A DNA stretch of 64,000 bases from a virus: positions 1-64,000 of the IMG/VR virus record IMGVR_UViG_3300037245_001295. One strand, written 5' to 3'. Made by a program: the position numbers and the translations under genes. Position 1 is the stretch's first letter; every line of letters starts with the position of its first letter. Positions 1 to 8,167 of the stretch are shown here, in pieces. The notes under the pieces were generated by a model that was not told the origin of the DNA, ran no database searches, and saw nothing but the letters and a program-made list of their open reading frames with translations.

Positions 1-98
1 GTCGGGCGTCGGGCGTCGGGCGTCGGGCGTCGGGCGTCGGGCGTCGGGCGTCGGGCGTCGGGCGTCGGGCGTCGGGCGTCGGGCGTCGGGCGTCGGGC
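1..98. repeat. Perfect heptamer tandem repeat (GTCGGGC)x14, open at the window start
   Basis: Read directly from the sequence. Confidence 0.98.
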
Positions 99-285
99 GC
101 GTAGCAAATCCCATACCAATTGCGCTTATTCCGTTCGTGCTGGTCCTCGGGGTCGGGGCGCTTAGTCCGATTATGCCGATCCTCGGGGTCGTTCCGGTCG
201 TGCCGGCGGGCGGGCGTCGCGCCACGCCGGACCCCGACAATCGGAACATCCGGCATGACCCGCGCCACCCGGCGCTACCCCGACA

Positions 286-549
286 TCACGCCGAGTCGTG
301 ATAATGGTCACACAAGTCCCAGACCTCATAACCCACCTCAGTCAACCATGCGGCGCGACGGTCACGACCCTCACAAGCCGCACGATCCCCCTCATCCCGG
401 AGCATCGCGCTAATCCACACAAGCGTCAAGCGCTGCACACGCGGCACAAGCCGCTTAACCGCCACAGACAGCATAGCCTGCAAATCCGGGTCCATCACCC
501 CATCCCGCAGGCGCTCTACTTCCTGCCTAATCTCTACAATCGTCATCAC
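286..549 (-). CDS. Hypothetical protein
   Basis: 87-aa ORF with upstream GGAGG-like RBS; co-oriented with leftward gene cluster. Confidence 0.55.
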   Translation of the reverse strand: MMTIVEIRQEVERLRDGVMDPDLQAMLSVAVKRLVPRVQRLTLVWISAMLRDEGDRAACEGRDRRAAWLTEVGYEVWDLCDHYHDSA

Positions 550-717
550 ACGATCCTCCCGTTATAAACGGAATAACCGAACGCGCGGGCGACAAGCCCT
601 GCGATCCGCTCATTCGACACAATCACACCAATCGCCAGAACCGCTAAAATCGACATGACTCACCCTCCAAGGAAAATCGTCAGGATCACCAACCACGCCA
701 CAACCGTCACAATCGCT

Positions 718-993
718 TCAACCATTGTAACCAACCTCAATCCCTATGGCCATCAAATCCCGTATATCCCGATCTTCCGCGCGATCCAGCGCGGGGACTA
801 CGGATAATTCGCACAACTCCCCCAGAACCTCCAACCGTTCCGACCCCAACCAATCGGCAATCGGCAGGACGGTTGCAGAGGTTATCCGGTCTCTGCCGGT
901 TGTGACGGCGTAGAACTTGTCCGTCGCTGCAACCATTGTATCCTCTACAGCCACTACAGTCCGCTTGTCCAGGTCAATCACTGCATACTTCAT
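718..993 (-). CDS. Hypothetical protein
   Basis: 91-aa ORF, GGAGA RBS upstream, protein-like composition. Confidence 0.6.
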   Translation of the reverse strand: MKYAVIDLDKRTVVAVEDTMVAATDKFYAVTTGRDRITSATVLPIADWLGSERLEVLGELCELSVVPALDRAEDRDIRDLMAIGIEVGYNG

Positions 994-1164
994 AATCGTC
1001 TCTCCCGGTATTTTCGGATGAATTGAACGTAATCGTTACAACCGGCCCCGGCCCCAAATCGCCGGGTAAATCGGAACGACCGGTACTTTGCGTACCATTC
1101 CACTTGTCGTTTCGACCCGCAATTCCGGCGCTTTCGTTTCGACCCATCGACCATCGGTACAATC

Positions 1165-1518
1165 CTAAAATGCGGGAAGCTCGAAATCATCGGAATCAGC
1201 GGCCCAACTGGCAGCACCCCACAAAAGCACATGAGCGGCACGATAGGCAAAATCCGCATCGGCCACATTATCCGACCTAATCAGCGTAATCCGCGTATCC
1301 TGCCCGGTCAGCGCGTCACAGAACCGAATACGGGCACGAAACTTACCACCGGTAAAATCGACACCAACGCACCCCCACCTATTCGGCACAGGCGTTACAT
1401 TCGGCTCAGCCGCTTCCATCGCGCGACGTGTTCCAAGCCTTGCGATCACTTCATTCAGGATAACCGCACGTTCCAGCTTTGTCGTCAAAGTCGTCATAAT
1501 CAGACCCCTCCTCGGCAC
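1165..1518 (-). CDS. AP2-domain-like DNA-binding protein
   Basis: GV..GKFRARIR..ADFAYRAAHVLLWG resembles the AP2 consensus GV..KWRARI..EAAxAYxxAA..LxG. Confidence 0.55.
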   Translation of the reverse strand: MPRRGLIMTTLTTKLERAVILNEVIARLGTRRAMEAAEPNVTPVPNRWGCVGVDFTGGKFRARIRFCDALTGQDTRITLIRSDNVADADFAYRAAHVLLWGAASWAADSDDFELPAF

Positions 1519-1772
1519 GGTGGTACAAGTGACATAATCCGCACAGGTGGTTTTTCCGTGCGAGCCGTTCGATTCCCTGCGACCAGCAGCAGCATCAGCG
1601 TAATCAGTAGAATCGTGAACATCGGATCAATCCTCAAAATCGGCCAGTGTTGGCGGGTCCGGCTGTCAGTAGGGCAAGCGCCCCGACGATTGCGACCATG
1701 GTTGCGATTGCGATTAGTGTGGCCATTGTCTCGACTCCCTGTGTGGTTCGCGTGGTTTCCTTCTCTATTACA

Positions 1773-1800
1773 AGTATACAACATTTCCCCCACAAGTCCA
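1773..1800 (-). promoter_or_regulatory. Leftward early promoter (TGGACT-16-TATACT, followed by TGTAATAGAG)
   Basis: Reverse complement shares GTATACTTGTAATAG with the rightward promoter copies. Confidence 0.7.
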
Positions 1801-2200
1801 GAAAGAAACCGAGAAACCGATTAACGGGGTCGTGCCGACTATCGGGGTCGTGCCGATGATCCGGGGGTCGCGACGCCGGGCAACCGGCATGACCCCGACA
1901 ATACCACGCATCCGGGCATCCAGGCCCTACAGGTCATTTTACCATGCTGAGCCCATTCGATCGTAATAAGCCCTACAACCCCGAGCCTGAGGTACTACAA
2001 GCAGGACGACCGGTGCAGGCGGGTAACCGTCATAAGTGGCCTGCACCCTGCCCCCCATAAGTATGACCTTTCCCCCCATCGTGGCTATTGACAGGCATGG
2101 CGGCCCGATTGTGCCGGTCGTGCCGATTATGCAGGCACCCGACAGGATACCCCCTCCATCGGGTGGGGTCGTTGACACCACCCGAAAGGACTACCCCTAT

Positions 2201-2497
2201 TGGGGGTCCACCCCTGTGGGTGGTTGACAAGTCCCCCATCTTTACCCCGCCGTTTGGGGGTCCACCCCTGTGGGTGGTTGACAAGTCCCCCATCTTTACC
2301 CCGCCGTTTGGGGGGTCCACCCCTGTGGGTGGTTGACAAGTCCCCCATCTTTACCCCGCCGTTTGGGGGGAAACGTCATAACCCCGAGAATCAGTACAAT
2401 CGGAACCCCTCCTTCGGGGGGAAACATCATAAGGCCTACAACCCCGATAATCGTTACCCCTCTTCTGGGGGGTCCACCCCTGTGGGTGGTTGACAAG
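2201..2497. repeat. Three tandem 54-55 bp repeats (2201-2363) plus a partial copy (2466-2497)
   Basis: Unit TGGGGGTCCACCCCTGTGGGTGGTTGACAAGTCCCCCATCTTTACCCCGCCGTT read directly. Confidence 0.95.
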
Positions 2498-2661
2498 GCA
2501 CCACAGGTGGGGGTTCTATCGGGTGGTGTCGTTGACACCACCCACAGGAGGGGAAGCGACCAGGATAACCGATACAACCGGCCGCGTGTGGGCGTCTCGC
2601 GGTAGCGCACCCCCCATAGTGACTAGGAATCCCCTCTCCAGAGGGGTTGACAGCCTCACAG

Positions 2662-2977
2662 AGTGGATAATCGGAATTCTATCCACTACCCCTTTGTACA
2701 CTACAATCGTCGTAAACGCTACTATAGTAGCATATATCGCAGAGTGGATAACCGGGCGAGTGGATAGCCCCTATCTCCCCCATATAGAAACTATTCACTA
2801 TATTCTCTACAGATCTTTCTTATACTATTATCCACTCAAAACTAACTATCTCTATAAGAAGATAGGTCAGAACCACTGTAAAACTAGGGTTTTCCTGCAT
2901 AATCGACGCGTCAATCACAACCGATTGTAGTGGATAATGAGTGGATAATGAGTGGATAAACGGGCTTAGAGTGGATA
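2662..2977. repeat. Iteron-like cluster A: about 9 AGTGGATA(A)/TATCCACT boxes in both orientations around an AT-rich tract
   Basis: Boxes at 2662, 2680, 2743, 2759, 2828, 2929, 2940, 2951, 2970. Confidence 0.8.
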
Positions 2978-3952
2978 GAATGATGGTATCTGTCATGTTG
3001 ATTGTGCCGGTTGGGACAGAACACCTGTCAATCCGTACAGTCCTACAAATCAGCACACCCCGCAGATGCCGCGTAGTCCTTGGGACTATACCAGCCAGAA
3101 GACCCGTAACGCCTGCACCAGTTAGAAGATTCCACCTATTCCTTAAATATTACCTAACTATTACATTCGTCACAACCCGCAGGGCTCATACAATCTATTT
3201 CTTCCCTACATTCTATCCAGCCCACCTGTCATTATAACCGATACTATCCGACCCCTAACGGCTATGAGCCCTGTAGGGCGCATACCGGTCCTCGGGGTCG
3301 TGCCGGTCGTGACGATCGCCGCGCCCGCCCGCCCCGACCCCGAGGACTCATACAATCATTATCATCATGCTGATCGTCGCGATCGGCACGACCGTCATAA
3401 CCGGACCCGCAGCCCGCCCCGCTCAGCAACCGGCACAACCGGTACAGGTGGCTATCTTTCCTGACCCCGAGGATCGTTGTAATCGGCACAATCACCACAA
3501 CCCGCAGGTGTCGGTATGATAGGTACAATCATCACAGCCTGCTGTATCAAGTATGTGGAGTGTCCCGGTTGTACCGGTGGTGCGGGTCGTCGGGGTCGTG
3601 CCGGTAGTAACGTGGTGCGGTGTGCCAGCGGCAGCCGGTTGTAGTGATGGTACTAGCTGTGCTAGCTGTGAGGATGGTGACGATGGTGCGGGTTGCGGGT
3701 GGGTTAAACGAGAGAGGGGTAACCCCACCCCCCGGTAGGGGTATCTACTAGCCCTCCTCGCGGTGCTGCCAGCCCTTTTTGAGAGTGTTGACGCGTCATC
3801 TACTCGCGGCCACCCCAGGCACCACCCGCAGGTGCCATAGAGTATAAGGCCTCGTTCGCGGCCACCTGAGGCGGGGGGTGGGGTCAAATCGGGCCGATGT
3901 TTCGCGGAGGCCATGAGCCCTGCGGTAAAGATCGGATTTTTTGTTTTTTCAC

Positions 3953-3981
3953 TTGACAAAGGTGGCCCGGTAGGGTATACT
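3953..3981 (+). promoter_or_regulatory. Sigma70-type early promoter TTGACA-17-TATACT
   Basis: Near-consensus -35/-10; member of a repeated family. Confidence 0.85.
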
Positions 3982-3987
3982 TGTAAT

Positions 3988-4563
3988 ATGAGCAAGAAGT
4001 ACCCGCGAACAAACGACCGGACGACCTGCACGAAGTGCAAAGAGGAGAAGGAAGCTACGGAGTTTTATTCCAAGCCCGAGAAGCGAAACGGCTTGCGAAG
4101 TGCTTGTATAGCGTGTGAAAAAATCAGAGATAAGGGTCGTCGGAAACACCCATGTTCCGAGAACCCGCAGGAGTGTGTACAATGCGGCGAAGTCAAGGCG
4201 GCAGCGGAGTTTGCCCTTTGTCCGGGAAATAAGAGTGGGCTGAGGGGCGAATGTATGGCGTGCGGCAGGATTGCCCGGCGAAGGCGTCTGTACGGAATCA
4301 CCCCCGAGACTCATTTGCGGATGCTTGACGCACAAAACTACGAGTGCATCTGTGGGAAACCCATTACTGTATCTGACGACCTCGACCACTGCCACACAAC
4401 CGGCAGGCTTCGCAACATTCTCTGCGCAGCCTGTAATCGTCTAATCGGGCATGCAAACGATGACCCCAACCTACTAGAGAAACACGCAGAGAATCTCCGA
4501 CAACACCAGCAACTCGAAGCCCAGGGCGTCAGCCAGTGGGGCTACGTCCCGGATTCCAAGTAA
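3988..4563 (+). CDS. Endonuclease VII-like (His-Me finger) nuclease with two N-terminal Zn-finger repeats
   Basis: LYGIT..QNYECICG..DHCHTTGRLRNILCAACNRLIG motif; CxxC pairs. Confidence 0.85.
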   Translation: MSKKYPRTNDRTTCTKCKEEKEATEFYSKPEKRNGLRSACIACEKIRDKGRRKHPCSENPQECVQCGEVKAAAEFALCPGNKSGLRGECMACGRIARRRRLYGITPETHLRMLDAQNYECICGKPITVSDDLDHCHTTGRLRNILCAACNRLIGHANDDPNLLEKHAENLRQHQQLEAQGVSQWGYVPDSK

Positions 4564-4590
4564 CGCCCAGAGTGTGGTATACTTGTAGTA
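4562..4590 (+). promoter_or_regulatory. Early promoter copy lacking TTGACA, extended -10 TGGTATACT
   Basis: AACGCCCAGAGTGTGGTATACTTGTA identical to the 4969-4994 copy. Confidence 0.6.
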
Positions 4591-4624
4591 GAGGAGAACG
4601 CAATGCACGTCAAGAGGAAGATAC

Positions 4625-4966
4625 ATGACACGTAAAGGTCTTTTGCCGCCGCACGAATGCTGGTCTCAATGGATCAATGGCATTGCCTCGGACAATGATG
4701 TCGATCGTCAGCGTATCATTGACCATATAAAGGTCCATGTTGAGCAACACATGCCGCCAAAAGACGCGCCAGCACAGCGTTGGACTCAGTGGCTTACAGG
4801 CACTTACAATCTGCTCGGCATCCTGCAACAACTGACGGCCGGTACGCCAACTTTTGCGCTTGGACTGGATCGCCTCTTTCGGAAATGGGCAAAAGACCCG
4901 TTCGATCATACACCACCACCAACAGGATTGGTAGATACCGTTCGCACACACTGCGAATCTACTTGA
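4625..4966 (+). CDS. Hypothetical early protein
   Basis: 113-aa ORF between two promoter copies. Confidence 0.7.
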   Translation: MTRKGLLPPHECWSQWINGIASDNDVDRQRIIDHIKVHVEQHMPPKDAPAQRWTQWLTGTYNLLGILQQLTAGTPTFALGLDRLFRKWAKDPFDHTPPPTGLVDTVRTHCEST

Positions 4967-4990
4967 CAAACGCCCAGAGTGTGGTATACT
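4963..4990 (+). promoter_or_regulatory. Sigma70-type early promoter TTGACA-16-TATACT
   Basis: Consensus boxes; repeated family. Confidence 0.85.
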
Positions 4991-5009
4991 TGTAATAGAG
5001 GATAACACC

Positions 5010-5228
5010 ATGTACGAAGAAGAGTTAGACAGATGGTTGGTGGAAGATCGCCCCACAAAGCACGAGCGGCTTTTTAGCGTTCTTGATAAGGTGAGTCGGG
5101 ACGAAAGCCTGTCACCTGCCGAACAGCAGCTATTAGACGACTACCGCGCAGCGGGTGGGGGCGCGCACGCTAAACGACATCGAGAACGCATGGACGCTTG
5201 GAAACGCGAGCGTCGGGATTCCAAGTAA
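5010..5228 (+). CDS. Hypothetical early protein
   Basis: RBS GAGGA, 72 aa, ends in shared DSK* junction. Confidence 0.75.
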   Translation: MYEEELDRWLVEDRPTKHERLFSVLDKVSRDESLSPAEQQLLDDYRAAGGGAHAKRHRERMDAWKRERRDSK

Positions 5229-5250
5229 CGCCCTGAGTAGGGTAACACAT

Positions 5251-5344
5251 GGGCGGGTGGCGAAATTGGTAGACGCACCCGGCTAATACTGGGTTAGGTG
5301 GTACGCGACCACTACGTATGCAGGTTCGAGTCCTGCCCCGCCCA
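5251..5344 (+). tRNA. Atypical tRNA-Leu-like gene (6-nt anticodon loop CTAATA, about 26-nt variable arm)
   Basis: GGGCGGG/CCCGCCC acceptor, Leu-type D arm GCGAAATTGGTAGACGC, T arm GCAGG-TTCGAGT-CCTGC, discriminator A. Confidence 0.7.
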
Positions 5345-5371
5345 CTTGACAAACACCCGCAGGAGAACAAC

Positions 5372-5725
5372 ATGACGCCCACAGAGACAGAAGTTCTAGC
5401 CCTTTACAAACAACTTGACCCGTCGCGACTGGCCGGCGAGACGATTGCATGTGTTTACCACGATGACTACACGCTCGTCATGGTCACTGAATCTGAAAAA
5501 TACGTCAAGTTGGGCGCACCTGATGACGACCGCCTTGATTTTGAATCACTCACCGTCCTCGATCTGAAATGCATGCGGCTAATCGACCTAGATACCTGGG
5601 AACAAATACTGGCCGAGCGAAAAACGAGCCAGAGGACGCGAAGGCGGTCTGATGCCGAAATCACCATAGCTCGACTCGTCTTAGAACATGGGGCCGACAC
5701 GATTCGAGACTTGATCCGAGAATAA
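5372..5725 (+). CDS. Hypothetical early protein
   Basis: AGGAG RBS before ATG 5372. Confidence 0.75.
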   Translation: MTPTETEVLALYKQLDPSRLAGETIACVYHDDYTLVMVTESEKYVKLGAPDDDRLDFESLTVLDLKCMRLIDLDTWEQILAERKTSQRTRRRSDAEITIARLVLEHGADTIRDLIRE

Positions 5726-5726
5726 C

Positions 5727-5882
5727 ATGAATGCTTTGAAATCCCATACCGTCTTGATCGAACCATGCGACGGCGGCTTTGTCACTGTCGAAGTTCGAGT
5801 TTACGAGGACGCCTGGATTGAATTGTTCTTTGACGGGCAGCTATTGCACAGTCGTCCAGCCCTGTCACGGGTAGCAGTATGA
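5727..5882 (+). CDS. Small hypothetical protein (51 aa, not in ORF track)
   Basis: Fills the gap exactly; ATGA overlap with next gene. Confidence 0.55.
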   Translation: MNALKSHTVLIEPCDGGFVTVEVRVYEDAWIELFFDGQLLHSRPALSRVAV

Positions 5883-6154
5883 TGAGACCTGTAATGAAGA
5901 AGATCATGTTGTGGACAGTTATTCTGGATGCTGATTATACAGCTTGGCAGCGGAATTTCATGTTTAAGCCCACGTTGATCGACCTCCTCACCATTGTGGA
6001 GGAACAAGCCCAGACCGCAGCAACGGCCCCGCTGTTGGAACTTGTGCGGGGGGCTCAGGGGGTTGACCCCGACATCCATGACTCGGGCAGCTTGACGTAT
6101 CATGCCGAGGGCGGCGTGATATTTATCTACCAAAATGAGGCCATCGCGAAATGA
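5879..6154 (+). CDS. Paralog family A member
   Basis: WTVIL..WQRNFMFKPTLIDLL pattern. Confidence 0.7.
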   Translation: MMRPVMKKIMLWTVILDADYTAWQRNFMFKPTLIDLLTIVEEQAQTAATAPLLELVRGAQGVDPDIHDSGSLTYHAEGGVIFIYQNEAIAK

Positions 6155-6741
6155 ATAACATGCCACCCCTATCAGAACTGATTGCGAGAGCGCGGCGAAA
6201 CCAAATCGTTGTCGGCCTGGACCTGCAACGGCTACTCGGGGAAGCCGAGCGGCTGCAAGAGATCGACCGCGAGCAATTGAAAGGCAAAGCCAAGGACTGG
6301 AAGATTCGCTTAGGCAATCTGGACATGATGGCCGGCGAGATGCTTAGCACCCCCGACGCCGAAGCACTACTCGCCAAGGCACAGGCAGCGAATCTCGCAA
6401 TCAACGAATTGCGAGATTCGCTCAATCTGGCAATATCTGGTGAGGTCGAGGTGCCCATCGAGGTGCCCATCGAGGAGATCAACACGCCAGTGTTGCATCG
6501 GCCGGGGGTGTGGATTACGCCAGTGTTGCAGCGGGCGGGGAGCCGCAAGCGGGAACTCTATAAGGTTCCAACAGGAACGGGTGGGGTTGAGTGGCTCGGA
6601 ACTGTGGTGCCAAACGGAGTCAGGTGGGATTGGTGCCGGCACAATTCAGAGGTATATGACTGGGACGGTGAGCGTGGCGGCACTGAGGACACCTTGGAGC
6701 AAGCGAAGGCCAAAGTCATGGAGGGGTGGGATTCCAAGTAA
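6151..6741 (+). CDS. Hypothetical protein, coiled-coil N-terminus
   Basis: 196-aa ORF, ATGA coupling, ends in shared DSK* junction. Confidence 0.75.
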   Translation: MNNMPPLSELIARARRNQIVVGLDLQRLLGEAERLQEIDREQLKGKAKDWKIRLGNLDMMAGEMLSTPDAEALLAKAQAANLAINELRDSLNLAISGEVEVPIEVPIEEINTPVLHRPGVWITPVLQRAGSRKRELYKVPTGTGGVEWLGTVVPNGVRWDWCRHNSEVYDWDGERGGTEDTLEQAKAKVMEGWDSK

Positions 6742-6768
6742 CGCCCAAAGCACCCGTAGGGGATCACA

Positions 6769-7032
6769 ATGATTGATAGGATTTTGCAAGATGGCTTCGG
6801 GATGATTACCTGCGGGGATCACCTCGGCGTCTTCGTCTCACCCCTCAGGCAGGTGGGAAGGACGCCTCCGGGGTGGGTCTTTGTACCGAGCGAGACAATG
6901 ACTGCTGAGATTCTGCAAGAGGCCATCGACTGTGCCAAGAGCGGCCGGTCGGACTGGCCCAAAGCAGAGAAGCAACCAAAGGCTAAGATAACCAACCGGC
7001 GGAAGAAAGCAGCGCACATCCGCAGGCTGTAA
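6769..7032 (+). CDS. Hypothetical early protein
   Basis: 87-aa ORF with GGGGA RBS. Confidence 0.65.
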   Translation: MIDRILQDGFGMITCGDHLGVFVSPLRQVGRTPPGWVFVPSETMTAEILQEAIDCAKSGRSDWPKAEKQPKAKITNRRKKAAHIRRL

Positions 7033-7040
7033 GATTCCAC

Positions 7041-7068
7041 TTGACAAACGCCCGCAATGTGGTATACT
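7041..7068 (+). promoter_or_regulatory. Sigma70-type early promoter driving tRNA-Tyr
   Basis: TTGACA-16-TATACT. Confidence 0.85.
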
Positions 7069-7081
7069 TGTAATAGAACAA

Positions 7082-7165
7082 GCGTCGGTTGGGCATTGGC
7101 AGGCCTCGCTGGCTGTAAACCAGTCATCCTTACGGATCGTGGCGGTTCGACTCCGCCCCGGCGCA
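7082..7165 (+). tRNA. tRNA-Tyr(GTA), CCA not encoded
   Basis: GCGTCGG/CCGGCGC acceptor, GCTGG-CTGTAAA-CCAGT anticodon arm, long variable arm, GGCGG-TTCGACT-CCGCC. Confidence 0.9.
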
Positions 7166-7184
7166 CTAACCCTTGGAGAATAAC

Positions 7185-7364
7185 ATGTTGATCGTTTACA
7201 CCGGCCTTGATGAAGTTTTGGTCTGTCTCAGTGTCCGCGAAGCCGAAATGCGCGCCATTTGGTTTGCACCTGGCGCAGGGCGGGATGTCGATGATTACGA
7301 CCGCGAGGTATCCTCCACAGGGATTGTGGCAATCTCTTCTCGAATGAGCGTTGATTTAGACTAA
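7185..7364 (+). CDS. Small hypothetical protein
   Basis: GGAG RBS; short ORF. Confidence 0.6.
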   Translation: MLIVYTGLDEVLVCLSVREAEMRAIWFAPGAGRDVDDYDREVSSTGIVAISSRMSVDLD

Positions 7365-7379
7365 CCCAAGGATTCAAAC

Positions 7380-7622
7380 ATGCTTCCTTATATCGCACTA
7401 TGGCTCGCTACCGTGCCAGTGGCCTACTGTCTATTTTACCTGATTTTCAAAAGGCTTGGTTCCTGGAGAAGGGGCGACGTAGTATATTTTACCCTCTTCT
7501 GCGTGGGCTTCGGCCCTGTCGCGCTGTTCATAGCTCTCAAGGAGTTGGCGGACATTTTCACTGCGAAACTAAGAATCCGTAAGGCCTTGTCCGACTGGGC
7601 GGGCCGCTTAGCAAAGTGGTAG
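7380..7622 (+). CDS. Small two-TM membrane protein, family M
   Basis: Two hydrophobic segments; starts MLPYIALWLA, ends W..R.AKW. Confidence 0.75.
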   Translation: MLPYIALWLATVPVAYCLFYLIFKRLGSWRRGDVVYFTLFCVGFGPVALFIALKELADIFTAKLRIRKALSDWAGRLAKW

Positions 7623-7651
7623 AAACCAACAGAACCCAAGGAGAACACAAG

Positions 7652-7891
7652 ATGCTTCCTTATATCGCACTATGGCTCGCCGCCGCAATAGCGGCCTACT
7701 ACCTGTTTCGCTGGGATTGTAAGACGTTTGCGATCTGGATAAACAGTGACGTAATATTTTTCAGCACCATCTGTCTGATCTTTTCCCCTGTCACATTGCT
7801 CGTAGCACTCGTGTGGACGGGCATCCTCGTTATGCAACGAAGTGCCGGAACGAGGTTGTCCAACTGGCTTGACCGCCCATCAAAGTGGTAG
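7652..7891 (+). CDS. Small two-TM membrane protein, family M
   Basis: First 29 nt identical to 7380 gene; ends WLDRPSKW. Confidence 0.75.
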   Translation: MLPYIALWLAAAIAAYYLFRWDCKTFAIWINSDVIFFSTICLIFSPVTLLVALVWTGILVMQRSAGTRLSNWLDRPSKW

Positions 7892-7901
7892 GGAGAACAA
7901 C

Positions 7902-8123
7902 ATGAACGACATCATCGAACTGTGTGACGAATTAGCGTGCAACTTCGCCTACAGCCACCGGCAAGATCGTCTACCGTGGGCGCAAACTCTATATAGACAT
8001 GTGTGGCGTATCGAGGGTGTCAGAGAAGGGGAATCAAATGACGGCCGATCCGAGAGCTTAGCGGATTGCTTACAAGGGTGCAAAAAGTGGTTGCTTCAAA
8101 TTAAGTCCAAGAGATTGGCTTGA
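7902..8123 (+). CDS. Paralog family C member
   Basis: IIELCDELAC..CLQ..LLQIK shared with 9519 gene. Confidence 0.7.
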   Translation: MNDIIELCDELACNFAYSHRQDRLPWAQTLYRHVWRIEGVREGESNDGRSESLADCLQGCKKWLLQIKSKRLA

Positions 8124-8147
8124 CAAACCCGCAGGATAGTGTATACT
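8120..8147 (+). promoter_or_regulatory. Sigma70-type early promoter
   Basis: TTGACA-16-TATACT, identical to 8649 copy. Confidence 0.85.
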
Positions 8148-8167
8148 TGTAATAGGAGGAGACGCGG

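Noticed and set aside
2201-2497. CRISPR array
   Set aside because: The intervening sequences are identical rather than unique spacers, there are only 3-4 units, and no cas genes are present
1830-3900. Many overlapping ORFs in the left arm
   Set aside because: Low-complexity translations of repeats on both strands, with no RBS or recognisable motifs
5281-5293. Amber suppressor tRNA (CTA) and stop-codon recoding
   Set aside because: CTA is not in anticodon position (no U33 before it), and long genes read through in the standard code without fragmentation
6440-6530. Micro-duplications (EVPI x2, TPVL x2; also 15686-15715)
   Set aside because: Ordinary in-frame slippage duplications with no further pattern
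4551-6746. Integron attC cassettes
   Set aside because: The junction lacks RYYYAAC...GTTRRRY paired boxes and long hairpins; no integron integrase is seen
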